NCBI GenBank assembly: GCA_018663635.1
Contig: JABJPZ010000240.1
Coordinates: 1-59,022, forward strand
DNA from: Crocinitomicaceae bacterium
Lineage (GTDB): Bacteria > Bacteroidota > Bacteroidia > Flavobacteriales_D > Parvicellaceae
Reading direction: 5' to 3'
DNA length: 59,022 bases
Shown here one piece after another: positions 29,432-38,456 of the stretch. Under the pieces are notes generated by a model. The model did no database searches and was not told the DNA's origin. It saw only the letters and a program-made list of their open reading frames with translations. Position 1 is the first letter of the stretch. Every line of letters begins with the position of its first letter. Both the position numbers and the translations under genes were made by a program.

Positions 29432-31093
29432 ATGAGGTGTTTTTTGTCTCTTAGTGGTTTTCTATTTCTTGCGATATCAGGAGCAATCGGGCAAATAAAT
29501 TGCCAGCCTGCAATCCTTGACCAAGTATTGAAACTAGATGAAATTCACAATACACCTGGCTTCAGCGTCAGCATCATTCATAATGGAAATATAATTTATG
29601 AAGCAAGTTCAGGATATGCCAATCTAAAGAAACAAATTCGTATTTCCCCAGAAACCGTTTTCAATGCATGTGATATAGCCAAGCAGTTCACCGCAATGAG
29701 CATCCTTATATTGAAAGAGCAAGGAAAATTGGCGCTCACTGATCCAATTACTCAATATTTACCAGATTTGCCAAAACTACGCACCAATATCACTATAAAT
29801 CATTTACTGAGTCATCAAAGTGGTATTAGAGACTATCTCGACCTCCTTTTGATAAAAAAGAAATATAAACCTAAATATTTTACTAAAAAACAATTTTGGG
29901 AAGACCTAAATCAACAAAAACAATTAGGATTTTACCCAGGAGATGGATTTGCCTACATAAACTCAGGTTATGTGTTATTAGCTGAAATTGTAGAGAATGT
30001 TAGCAGGGAATCTTTGAAAGATTTTGCTCGAAAGAATATATTCGAGCCTCTTGGTATGCTTAACACTAAATTCTGTAATGAGAATTCTAAAAGACCTTCG
30101 GAAAGTACGTATTCCTACAAATGGATAAAAAAGAAGAACCGCTATTCCAAAGCTCAGAGTACAAGTGAACTTATCGGTGATGGTCAGCTTTGGACTACTC
30201 TAAACGACCTTTACAAATGGGATCAGAACTTCTATCATAATCAGCTTGGTAACGGCAATTCAAAACTTATAGCTGATTTACAAGCTGAATATTACCTGAA
30301 TAATGGCAGGAAATCGTTTTACAGTAAAGGATTACAAATGAATGATTTCAAAGGAATACTTTCTTTTGAACACTTTGGATATTGGGATTATTTTAGCTCG
30401 TTTTATATTCGAATGCCTTCCATTAATCTGTCAATCGTTGTATGTTCTAATTCCGACAAGTACCGCGCTAAATTAATTGCTAAAAAATTACAAACTGAAC
30501 TTCTTTCTGAAATTACTGAACCGGAAAAAAGTCAGCTACAGCGAGACACTGGTATTTCATTGCAACAATTTGAAGGCATTTTTATCGATTTACATACCAA
30601 GTCTAACATCCAAAAATTCATTGAGTTAGAAGATAATTTATACTGCATTTCATTGGTTAAAGCCCGCCAATATGATGTGCAACTTTATAATCCTCAAAAA
30701 TTACAACCCAATCAAATTCAATTTGGTACTAAAAATGATGGAGATATCGTATTCCGAACTGATCAAAGTGAAAATCTAACACACTATCAATGGCGCAAAT
30801 CACCGACCATTTTTGTCAAATTAAAGGCAGATACCAGTAATTCTAATGTAGGCTGTACTTGGTGTGGGAACTATTTTAGTGAGGAATTGAGAAAAAAAAT
30901 TCGAATACGACCAATCTCTAAATCACCTCACCTTCAACTTAAAACAGGATGGTTTCAAAAACGAAAATTAGAAAAATTAGAAGGAAATTATTTTTGGAAC
31001 TCAAGTGAAGCAATGGTTATCGAATTTACTAATGAAAGTTTATTCATTAACAAAAAAAGGGCTAACAACATTCGTTTTGAACGCATGAAATGA
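29432..31093 (+). CDS. beta-lactamase-family (PF00144-like) serine-hydrolase homologue, exported, with the nucleophile position substituted
   Basis: Signal peptide MRCFLSLSGFLFLAISGAIG. The family motifs YINSGYVLLAEIVE (YxN) and HFG are present, but the SxxK box reads DIAK. The track start at 29426 is TTG; the ATG is at 29432. Confidence 0.8.
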   Translation: MRCFLSLSGFLFLAISGAIGQINCQPAILDQVLKLDEIHNTPGFSVSIIHNGNIIYEASSGYANLKKQIRISPETVFNACDIAKQFTAMSILILKEQGKLALTDPITQYLPDLPKLRTNITINHLLSHQSGIRDYLDLLLIKKKYKPKYFTKKQFWEDLNQQKQLGFYPGDGFAYINSGYVLLAEIVENVSRESLKDFARKNIFEPLGMLNTKFCNENSKRPSESTYSYKWIKKKNRYSKAQSTSELIGDGQLWTTLNDLYKWDQNFYHNQLGNGNSKLIADLQAEYYLNNGRKSFYSKGLQMNDFKGILSFEHFGYWDYFSSFYIRMPSINLSIVVCSNSDKYRAKLIAKKLQTELLSEITEPEKSQLQRDTGISLQQFEGIFIDLHTKSNIQKFIELEDNLYCISLVKARQYDVQLYNPQKLQPNQIQFGTKNDGDIVFRTDQSENLTHYQWRKSPTIFVKLKADTSNSNVGCTWCGNYFSEELRKKIRIRPISKSPHLQLKTGWFQKRKLEKLEGNYFWNSSEAMVIEFTNESLFINKKRANNIRFERMK

Positions 31094-31094
31094 C

Positions 31095-31120
31095 GAAGGG
31101 CTTCCATTCGGAAGCCCTTC
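31095..31120. terminator. bidirectional terminator hairpin (11-bp perfect stem) shared by the hydrolase gene (+) and rnpB (-)
   Basis: GAAGGGCTTCC-ATTC-GGAAGCCCTTC. It is followed by ATTTT on the plus strand and GTCATTTCAT on the minus strand. Confidence 0.75.
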
Positions 31121-31123
31121 ATT

Positions 31124-31504
31124 TTACACAAACCTATAAGCCGGGTTCTGTTTTTCTTTCGAAATGCTTATCATTTATCTAGGATTACCATTACTGATAA
31201 CCTCAAGCAACCTACCCTCCAGGATCAAACGAGCAATCTTCAAGCCCTGGTATATTTGGTTTTTCAGCACATAAGGTTTACCTAGCTGCAATTGTCACCA
31301 ATTGCACTGGTGAGCTCTTACCTCACCGTTTCACGCTCGCCTGTTGAGAAAACTCAACATAGGCAGTCTATTCTCTGTGGCACTATCTGTAACTTATTGC
31401 ATATTTAATAAGCCCCTTCCCGTTAGGAAGTATGTTGCTCTTTGCTGCCCGGACTTTCCTCATTAAAAATTTACTTCATAACGCGATAAGCCAGTTTGCG
31501 GTGC
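31124..31504 (-). ncRNA. rnpB: RNase P RNA, bacterial type A
   Basis: The minus strand carries the universal blocks GAGGAAAGTCCGGGC, GGTAAGAGC, GGGTAGGTTGCTTGAGG, CCTAGATAAATGA and ACAGAACCCGGCTTAT. P1 pairing is CGCAAACT (31500-31493) with AGGTTTGTG (31135-31127). The region is a 500-nt ORF-free gap. Ends are approximate to within about 5 nt. Confidence 0.93.
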
Positions 31505-31511
31505 AAAGATA
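31504..31511 (-). promoter_or_regulatory. candidate -7 box (TATCTTTG) directly upstream of the rnpB 5' end
   Basis: The minus strand reads TATCTTTGCACCG, immediately before the P1 5' strand. Confidence 0.45.
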
Positions 31512-31527
31512 CGAAGGTTAGATTTTA

Positions 31528-31559
31528 TTGCACTATTATAAACCGAAATACTACCTTTG
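31528..31559 (+). promoter_or_regulatory. candidate promoter of the GT2-PAP2-GT-C operon
   Basis: TTG (31528-31530), a 21-nt spacer, then TACCTTTG (31552-31559), ending 47 nt upstream of the ATG at 31607. This fits the Bacteroidota -33/-7 architecture. Confidence 0.45.
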
Positions 31560-31606
31560 CGCTTCGATTCAATCTAAAGTGATTTCATTATTTATTGAAA
31601 ATTGCC

Positions 31607-32350
31607 ATGATAAAAGGAAAGAAACTCGTAGTCGTGATGCCCGCTTATAATGCGGAAGAAACATTAGAGAAGACCTATAATGAAATCCCCTTTGATATTG
31701 TTGATGAAGTTATCCTTGTGGATGATCATGGGACAGACAACACAGCTACTTTGGCAAAGAAAATTGGTATTCAACATGTAATTCGTCACCAGCAGAATCA
31801 AGGATATGGTGGAAATCAAAAAACATGCTACAACAAAGCGCTAGAGATTGGTGCGGACATCGTAATCATGCTACATCCGGATTATCAATATACTCCCAAG
31901 CTGATCGAAAGTATGGCTTACCTTATTGCTAATGACGTGTACCCGGTAGTTTTAGGATCCAGGATTTTAGGTAAAGGCGCATTAAAAGGCGGGATGCCCA
32001 AATACAAGTACATTGCGAATCGACTTCTGACCTTATCTCAGAACATTCTTATTGGTCAAAAATTATCAGAATACCACACTGGATACAGAGCTTTTTCTAA
32101 AGAAGTGCTTGAATATATCGAGTTCAATAAGAATTCTGATGATTTCGTTTTTGACAATCAAATGTTATCTCAGATTGTATATGCCGATTTCGACATTGCA
32201 GAAGTTACCTGTCCAACTAAATATTTTGAAGAAGCTTCCTCAATTAATTTCAGCCGAAGCGTTACATATGGCTTGGGTGTAGTAAGTACGTCTTTTAAAC
32301 ATTTTCTAACAAGAATTGGTCTCATGAAATGGCATTTATTAAAAAAATAA
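31607..32350 (+). CDS. glycosyltransferase family 2, polyprenyl-phosphate sugar synthase-like (DPM1/ArnC/GtrB type)
   Basis: VVVMPAYNAEETL...VILVDDHGTDNT...QGYGGNQK is a GT-A DxD-type fold with no TM segment. The track start at 31595 is TTG and the ATG is at 31607. Confidence 0.82.
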   Translation: MIKGKKLVVVMPAYNAEETLEKTYNEIPFDIVDEVILVDDHGTDNTATLAKKIGIQHVIRHQQNQGYGGNQKTCYNKALEIGADIVIMLHPDYQYTPKLIESMAYLIANDVYPVVLGSRILGKGALKGGMPKYKYIANRLLTLSQNILIGQKLSEYHTGYRAFSKEVLEYIEFNKNSDDFVFDNQMLSQIVYADFDIAEVTCPTKYFEEASSINFSRSVTYGLGVVSTSFKHFLTRIGLMKWHLLKK

Positions 32351-33009
32351 TGCTGAAAAACATTAAATATATACTCTCTATTTCTCTGTTTTTTAGAGTC
32401 TTCATTGTATTTATGTTTTCATGGTTTTATTTGATTTATAATCACGGTGATTCAGGTCTTTTTGAAATGATTAATGCTTCACATAACGATACTTTTGACG
32501 TCGTTTTCAAATATGCCACACACATTGGTGGAGGCTGGTTTGCATTTGGAATAGCTGTACTATTATTTGGAATCAAATTTAGGTGGGGAATAATCGCTGC
32601 TTTTAGCTTTGTAGGTTCTGCAGCAATCACTCAAATAATGAAAAGGTGGGTTTTTAACTATCCACGACCGAGCGTCGTGTTTCAAGATTCCATAAATCAG
32701 CTGAATCTTGTTGAAGGTGTAGAACTACATACTAATTTTTCATTTCCATCAGGTCATTCTACTGCTGCTTTTGCCGTGTTTTGCTTGTTGAGTTTAATTT
32801 GGCTTGAAAAGAAATATCTTGGATTTCTATTCTGTTTTATTGCGATTATAATTGGATATAGCCGAGTCTATTTGTGCCAACATTTCCCAATGGATGTATT
32901 GGTTGGAGCTGCAATAGGTACCATTTGCTCTTTAATATTTTATGCCTTGCTCAAGGATAAACTATTTGGGAACTGGGGCAATCAATCATTATTCAAAAAA
33001 TCAATTTGA
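32329..33009 (+). CDS. PAP2-family lipid phosphatase (integral membrane)
   Basis: All three PAP2 motifs are present: KRWVFNYPRP, FPSGHS and SRVYLCQHFPMDV. An alternative ATG at 32350 overlaps the GT2 stop (TAATG). Confidence 0.85.
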   Translation: MAFIKKIMLKNIKYILSISLFFRVFIVFMFSWFYLIYNHGDSGLFEMINASHNDTFDVVFKYATHIGGGWFAFGIAVLLFGIKFRWGIIAAFSFVGSAAITQIMKRWVFNYPRPSVVFQDSINQLNLVEGVELHTNFSFPSGHSTAAFAVFCLLSLIWLEKKYLGFLFCFIAIIIGYSRVYLCQHFPMDVLVGAAIGTICSLIFYALLKDKLFGNWGNQSLFKKSI

Positions 33010-34739
33010 TCGCGAAATACAACAAACAATTTCTAATCGTCGCATTGGGCGCTTTAATATTACTGCCTTTTTTAGGAGGTGTGCACCTATTTGATTGGGA
33101 TGAAATTAATTTTGCAGAATCATCACGCGAAATGATGATCACAGGCAACTATTTTCAAAATCAAATTAATTTTGAGCCATTCTGGGAAAAGCCACCACTG
33201 TTTTTTTGGATTCAAAGCATTAGCATGTCAGTGTTCGGCCAAAATGAATTTGGTGCAAGATTTCCTAACGCAATCGTTGGTATTATTACGCTACTTTTGA
33301 TTTTTTCGATCGGAAAAAAATTATATCACGAGAGATTCGGATTAATCTGGGTCCTACTTTACATTGGTTCAATTCTACCGCACCTTTACATGCGTAGCGG
33401 TATCATTGACCCGACTTTCAATCTGTTCATTTTTACCGCCATATATTATTTAATTAGGACTGTTGAGGAAACCAATCATAACATTGCAAAGAACCATGCA
33501 GCCTTATCGGGTTTTTTTATTGGTCTGGCAATTATCACAAAAGGCCCTGTCGCGTTATTAATATTAATCCTAACCACCGTTGCTTTTTGGGCGCTCAATC
33601 GATTTAAACCAATCGCATCCATAAAAAGCTTATTTCTCTTTGCTTTGGTTGCCTTTCTAACTTCATTTTTATGGTTTGGCTACGAGACAATAAAAAATGG
33701 TCCCTGGTTCTTAGGTGAGTTTCTTGCCTATCAAATTGAGTTATTATTAGGGACAGAAGGTGGTGCTGCGGCTGGACATCAACAACCGTTCTATTACCAT
33801 TTTGTAGTAATATTATTAGGATGTTTCCCCATTTCCTTATTAGCCCTAGGGAATCTTTTTGGAAGCAAATATTTAGAAGACAAACTAAATTTTAGAGGCT
33901 GGATGACAACGCTATTCTGGATAGTACTGGTTTTATTCTCTCTTGTTTCCACAAAAATCATTCATTATTCATCAATGGCCTATTTGCCATTATCATTTAT
34001 GGCAGCATATTATCTCTATCAGGTTGATCGGGGAAAAGAAAAAATGAGCAAATGGATTATTTGGTTTATTACGATAATGGGCCTTCTATTCTCAATTGCA
34101 ATTGCTTTAATTCCGTTAGCTGCAATGAATAAAGACACTTGGTTAATTCCTTCTATTAAAGATCAATTCATCGTTGACGGACTTGCTACAGAAGTTGTCT
34201 GGAGTGGTTATGAAATGGGGGTTGGTGTTATTTTTGGGCTATTTGTAATTATGGCTATCCGTCAGTTGTTTCGAAAAAAAATCATTCGTTTTGTTGTTAC
34301 CAATGCCATAGGTGTTTCTTTTATGATGATTGCTTCAAACGCTATTCTCTTGCCAAAAATAGAAGCCTATGTTCAAAGACCTGCTATTGATTTCTACAAA
34401 ACTTTAAAAGATAAAGATGCTTATATCTGGCCACTTCATCATAAAAGTTATGCGCATTATTTTTATGCAAAAACTCAACCGTTGGATTCTACAGCGGCTT
34501 TATACACGCATAAAAAACAAGTCTTACGCAATCTCGGTTACGATAAAATCAGTGAATTAAAGAATGAAAATAGGTTGACGTATCAAATGAACATACAAAA
34601 CTGGCTTATGGAAGGTCCTATTGACAAACCTGTTTACTTTGTAATGAAATCAACTTTTTATACCCAAGAAAAATTCAACAACTGTCAAAAAGTAATGCAA
34701 AAAGGAGGCTTTGTAGCTTTAAAAAGAAATCCAGACTAG
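33006..34739 (+). CDS. GT-C fold glycosyltransferase, ArnT/PMT-like (GT83/GT39)
   Basis: 577 aa with about 12 TM helices. The first-loop acidic motif is DWDEINFAESSREM. The TTG start overlaps the PAP2 stop (TTGA). Confidence 0.82.
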   Translation: MIAKYNKQFLIVALGALILLPFLGGVHLFDWDEINFAESSREMMITGNYFQNQINFEPFWEKPPLFFWIQSISMSVFGQNEFGARFPNAIVGIITLLLIFSIGKKLYHERFGLIWVLLYIGSILPHLYMRSGIIDPTFNLFIFTAIYYLIRTVEETNHNIAKNHAALSGFFIGLAIITKGPVALLILILTTVAFWALNRFKPIASIKSLFLFALVAFLTSFLWFGYETIKNGPWFLGEFLAYQIELLLGTEGGAAAGHQQPFYYHFVVILLGCFPISLLALGNLFGSKYLEDKLNFRGWMTTLFWIVLVLFSLVSTKIIHYSSMAYLPLSFMAAYYLYQVDRGKEKMSKWIIWFITIMGLLFSIAIALIPLAAMNKDTWLIPSIKDQFIVDGLATEVVWSGYEMGVGVIFGLFVIMAIRQLFRKKIIRFVVTNAIGVSFMMIASNAILLPKIEAYVQRPAIDFYKTLKDKDAYIWPLHHKSYAHYFYAKTQPLDSTAALYTHKKQVLRNLGYDKISELKNENRLTYQMNIQNWLMEGPIDKPVYFVMKSTFYTQEKFNNCQKVMQKGGFVALKRNPD

Positions 34740-34887
34740 TTTCTCCTTCTACCAGAATCATTCACCCCATGTGCTTATTTCATCTTTCTTTAGACAGAAA
34801 ATTGGCTGTGTTGAAATGATAAGCTAACTTAAACGCATCTTACAGCTTGTATTCGTATATAATGCCAAGGCAAATCGCATCCATAAA

Positions 34888-35193
34888 ATGTTTGATTTTG
34901 CGCATAAAATTATCAGCCCCACAACTTACCCTTGCGACTTGTGTGCATTAACTCATGGCCACTTTGGAGAGCGGAAAGAATGGATTAACTTTTTACAAGA
35001 ATCAAATTTCAAAGTCGAATTTCATCACATAGAAGACTTTGAACAAAAATATAGTATAGAGGATGAATACCCTATTATATACACACGCATAGAGGAATCT
35101 CTAAAACCTATATTAAATGCTAAAGAGATTGCTGCAATTAAAGACGTTAATGAGCTAATGCATAAATTAAAGTCTATGGTAACTATTAAATGA
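34888..35193 (+). CDS. small hypothetical protein with a CxxC-type motif (PCDLCALTHG), possibly N-terminally truncated
   Basis: 101-aa ORF. The same frame stays open for 20 more codons upstream, back to a TAA at 34825. Confidence 0.45.
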   Translation: MFDFAHKIISPTTYPCDLCALTHGHFGERKEWINFLQESNFKVEFHHIEDFEQKYSIEDEYPIIYTRIEESLKPILNAKEIAAIKDVNELMHKLKSMVTIK

Positions 35194-35218
35194 AATACAT
35201 AGACTAAATATTGATTGT

Positions 35219-36349
35219 ATGAATAAAGTTACTTTAATTATATTTTTCACAATAAACAGCATTGTATACGGCCAAAACACAACATCAATTGACTTAAAAG
35301 AACTTTATGCCCAAGATAAATTTGAAGAGATAATAACAAAATACGCTAGGGAAGAAAATGTGTATGAGTCTGAGGACTTATATTACCTAGCTATGTGCTA
35401 TTACATGAAGCAAGACGATGTAAATTGCCTCAAATACATTAATCAATCAATTGCTAAAGACAATACAAATCCTAAGGCTTTTTTTGTGAAAGGCATGACG
35501 CTGAATTACATGGGAGATTTCGTTAAAGGATGCAAATCGTTTCAAAAATCTGTTGAATTGGATCCTAGTAATGGAAATTCTTATTGTGGGCTCGGTGATT
35601 CCTTTTATAATCAAAACAAGCTTAAGAAAGCGCTTTATGCCTACACTACATCTATCGAAAAATCAAATTTCCCAGATCGATCATATTTAATGATTCCACA
35701 AGTATATAATGATTTAAATCAACCCGAAAAAGCACTTATTGGATATTATAAAGCAAGAAAAAACATATCAAAAGAATCAAAGTCTTACCTCAATTGTATT
35801 TTCAATATTGGTCTTCATGAACTACTACTTAAAGACTATGTTAAAGCGGAAGTGGCGTTTACAGAATTGATAGAAATAGAACCCAATGACCAAGAAACAT
35901 TGACAAAACTCATTCAAGTTTATTATGGGCAAAAAAAATATGAAAAAGTAAAACCCTTGAAACGAAGACTTTATTCTGCACATGCAAGAAATAAAGGTAA
36001 AGGGGCCTTACAATCCATGTTTTGTTTTGATCAATTTGAATACAATGGCAAACAAGTCAAAGCGTACGAAAAATTTGAAAATCCTACTGGGCAGCTTTAT
36101 TATAAACATGTTTTTTATATTTTGGACAAAAACGGCAATATTGACTACAGCATTCATACAGAGAACTCACCAATATCTAAGGAGTTGGGGGGTGCAAAAT
36201 ACATTTTAGGCAAGACAAAAGGAAATGTGCATTATACATACAGAATTAGTTTCGAGGAAGACTTCATCTACGAGGATTTAAAACTATCGGTACAAAAAAT
36301 AATGGATAATAAATTAACGGCAACAGCGAGTTCCTCAATAGCCCATTAA
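35219..36349 (+). CDS. TPR-repeat protein, exported
   Basis: 376 aa with a signal peptide. There are several 34-aa TPR-like units (A..Y...G......A...F.K..E.DP). The C-terminal half is unassigned. Confidence 0.7.
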   Translation: MNKVTLIIFFTINSIVYGQNTTSIDLKELYAQDKFEEIITKYAREENVYESEDLYYLAMCYYMKQDDVNCLKYINQSIAKDNTNPKAFFVKGMTLNYMGDFVKGCKSFQKSVELDPSNGNSYCGLGDSFYNQNKLKKALYAYTTSIEKSNFPDRSYLMIPQVYNDLNQPEKALIGYYKARKNISKESKSYLNCIFNIGLHELLLKDYVKAEVAFTELIEIEPNDQETLTKLIQVYYGQKKYEKVKPLKRRLYSAHARNKGKGALQSMFCFDQFEYNGKQVKAYEKFENPTGQLYYKHVFYILDKNGNIDYSIHTENSPISKELGGAKYILGKTKGNVHYTYRISFEEDFIYEDLKLSVQKIMDNKLTATASSSIAH

Positions 36350-36451
36350 AGCTGGTTCTTAATTAATTCGTTTTATTACTAAATTGATTAAATCAAAAGT
36401 GCCAATTGAAAAGCTACATTACATGGCCTTGACAGTATAACTAAACAAGAA

Positions 36452-36748
36452 TTATTGTTTGCCCCTCAACATTAATTCCAATCCATTCAAATGATCTTCA
36501 AAGGCCTCACGACCTTTACCCGTTAGTCTATAACTAGTTTGAGGTCGTTTTCCAACAAATTCTTTTTGAATCTCTAAATACATCAATTTTTCTAAAGCAC
36601 CTATGTGACTTGCTAAGTTTCCATCTGTAAGAGATAACCGCTCCTTCAATTCTCCATAACGAACCCAATCATTCACGACCAATATGGACATTACTCCTAG
36701 CCTAACCCGACTATCAAAAGCTTTATTTAATTTTTCAAACCCTTTCAA
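36452..36748 (-). CDS. winged-helix transcriptional regulator (ArsR/MarR-like small wHTH)
   Basis: 98 aa. VRLGVMSILVVNDWVRYGELKERLSLTDGNLASHIGALEKLMYLEI is a typical wHTH. It has a TTG start and lies 14 nt after the preceding membrane-protein gene. Confidence 0.78.
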   Translation of the reverse strand: MKGFEKLNKAFDSRVRLGVMSILVVNDWVRYGELKERLSLTDGNLASHIGALEKLMYLEIQKEFVGKRPQTSYRLTGKGREAFEDHLNGLELMLRGKQ

Positions 36749-36762
36749 AAGACTCTCTCATT

Positions 36763-37413
36763 TTAAGTCCTATCGTATTTGAGAAACATGGCTAATCCAT
36801 AAATTACATGGAAAATTCCAAAACCAAGTGCCCAAAAATACAGTCCATTTCCCATAAAAATCATGGCAATCACACCCAAAGCCATTTGACAGATTCCTAA
36901 GTATCGAATATCTCTATAAGTATACTTGCCCGCATTCAGTAGTGCCAATCCATAAAACATAAGTGTAGCTGGTGCTACCGCACCTACATATCCATTCAAT
37001 ACCAATGCCACACAAAACAATCCACCTAAAAACAAAGGAATAAATAAGTTAAGCAGTAGCTTTTTCGCAGCAGAGTCAAACAATTTTCGGCCATGTTTTT
37101 TAGCTTTTTTAGCCGTCAAGATAAAGCCTACGAAAAGTGACAATGCTAATACACCGCATCCAATAGCTAATAAATACCCGACTTTAATGAGCATCTTCCA
37201 GTTTAAGGAACCTTCTTTTACCGAAATATCATCAAAATAGCCTGGCTCCCACATCTGAAAGAAATCGGTCCAAACCAACGCAGCACCAACGAGCGCCAAC
37301 AAACCAGCAAATACGCCTGACATACCGCTTAATGAAAGAAACTGAGTTGATTCCTTCATCATATCTCTGATCTCAGAAAGCTGTTCTAATTGTTCTTTAG
37401 TCTTGTTTTCCAT
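36763..37413 (-). CDS. hypothetical polytopic membrane protein (5-6 TM)
   Basis: The ATG at 37413 gives MENKTKEQLEQLSEIRDMM.... The longer TTG start at 37452 would fall inside the upstream terminator hairpin. Confidence 0.55.
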   Translation of the reverse strand: MENKTKEQLEQLSEIRDMMKESTQFLSLSGMSGVFAGLLALVGAALVWTDFFQMWEPGYFDDISVKEGSLNWKMLIKVGYLLAIGCGVLALSLFVGFILTAKKAKKHGRKLFDSAAKKLLLNLFIPLFLGGLFCVALVLNGYVGAVAPATLMFYGLALLNAGKYTYRDIRYLGICQMALGVIAMIFMGNGLYFWALGFGIFHVIYGLAMFLKYDRT

Positions 37414-37450
37414 TTGATTAAAGTACTTTGAATTACAAAGTAAATTTAGC

Positions 37451-37486
37451 AAAAAATAGCCGACAATATTAGGTGCGGCTATTTTT
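37451..37486 (-). terminator. rho-independent terminator after the cyclophilin gene
   Basis: The minus strand reads AAAAATAGCCG-CACCTAATATTGT-CGGCTATTTTTT. Confidence 0.65.
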
Positions 37487-37498
37487 AACGAATATTAC

Positions 37499-37930
37499 TT
37501 ACTCAATTACTTCAATCGAATTAATCTTATCGCCACCATTTATAGTGTCAATGATGTCTTGACCTTCAACAACCTTTCCAAAACAAGTATGATTTCGGTC
37601 TAGATGCGCAGTATTGTTTCTACTGTGACAAATGAAAAATTGGGAACCGCCTGTATTTCTTCCTGCATGCGCCATGGAAAGCACTCCCTTATCATGAAAT
37701 TGATTTTCGCCGTCTAACTCACAATCAATTGCATAGCCAGGCCCACCTGCTCCTGTCCCATTCGGGCATCCACCTTGAATCACAAAATCAGGTATGACCC
37801 GGTGAAATGTCAAACCATTGTAAAACCCATCTTTAGCCAACTTAACGAAGTTAGCAACTGTATTCGGAGCGTCCTTCTCATAGAATTCTACATCCATTGT
37901 ACCTTTATCTGTATTGATTTTTGCTTTCAT
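37499..37930 (-). CDS. peptidyl-prolyl cis-trans isomerase, cyclophilin type
   Basis: 143 aa. Contains [13 protein letters not shown] and [15 protein letters not shown]. Confidence 0.93.
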   Translation of the reverse strand: MKAKINTDKGTMDVEFYEKDAPNTVANFVKLAKDGFYNGLTFHRVIPDFVIQGGCPNGTGAGGPGYAIDCELDGENQFHDKGVLSMAHAGRNTGGSQFFICHSRNNTAHLDRNHTCFGKVVEGQDIIDTINGGDKINSIEVIE

Positions 37931-38009
37931 AAATGCAAATATATAAGAACAACTTCAGGCATCAAGATTCTTACGAAACTTTTAAGTTGCAATTATTAGA
38001 AAATCAGCA

Positions 38010-38040
38010 CAAAAAAAAAGACCTTCTTTCGAAGGCCTTT
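38010..38040 (-). terminator. rho-independent terminator after the small membrane-protein gene
   Basis: The minus strand reads AAAGGCCTTC-GAAA-GAAGGTCTTT followed by a T9 run. Confidence 0.65.
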
Positions 38041-38063
38041 AAATTCGTATAAAACAGTATGTA

Positions 38064-38456
38064 TTATTTCATGTGCTTCAAGTTCAATCCATACATTACG
38101 ATAAATGCTAAAGGAAAAACTAAGGCAACTATATAAGCAACAATAATTGCATCTCCCAACATTGGAATGCTCATTGCGCCGAGACCGCCAAGAACTAAAA
38201 AAGTATAAATTAACGGAAGCAATTCACCGACCAAGTAGAGGAAAAATCCCATTTTTTTCAATTTCATCATCATAATCGCCCCGACAATACATAGTACATT
38301 AGCAAGGACAGTCACTCCACCCATAGTTGCATCTATCGCAAACTGGCCAAAACCACCAAGAAGGCCTAAGCCAGCACCAATAAAAGTTAATATACATAAA
38401 ACCGTTAAAAACGCTGGTCTTTTCGCAGTACCAGCTTCCATTGTTGTTTCTTCCAT
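38064..38456 (-). CDS. small hypothetical membrane protein (4 TM)
   Basis: 130 aa with an ATG start, four hydrophobic helices and its own terminator. Confidence 0.55.
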   Translation of the reverse strand: MEETTMEAGTAKRPAFLTVLCILTFIGAGLGLLGGFGQFAIDATMGGVTVLANVLCIVGAIMMMKLKKMGFFLYLVGELLPLIYTFLVLGGLGAMSIPMLGDAIIVAYIVALVFPLAFIVMYGLNLKHMK

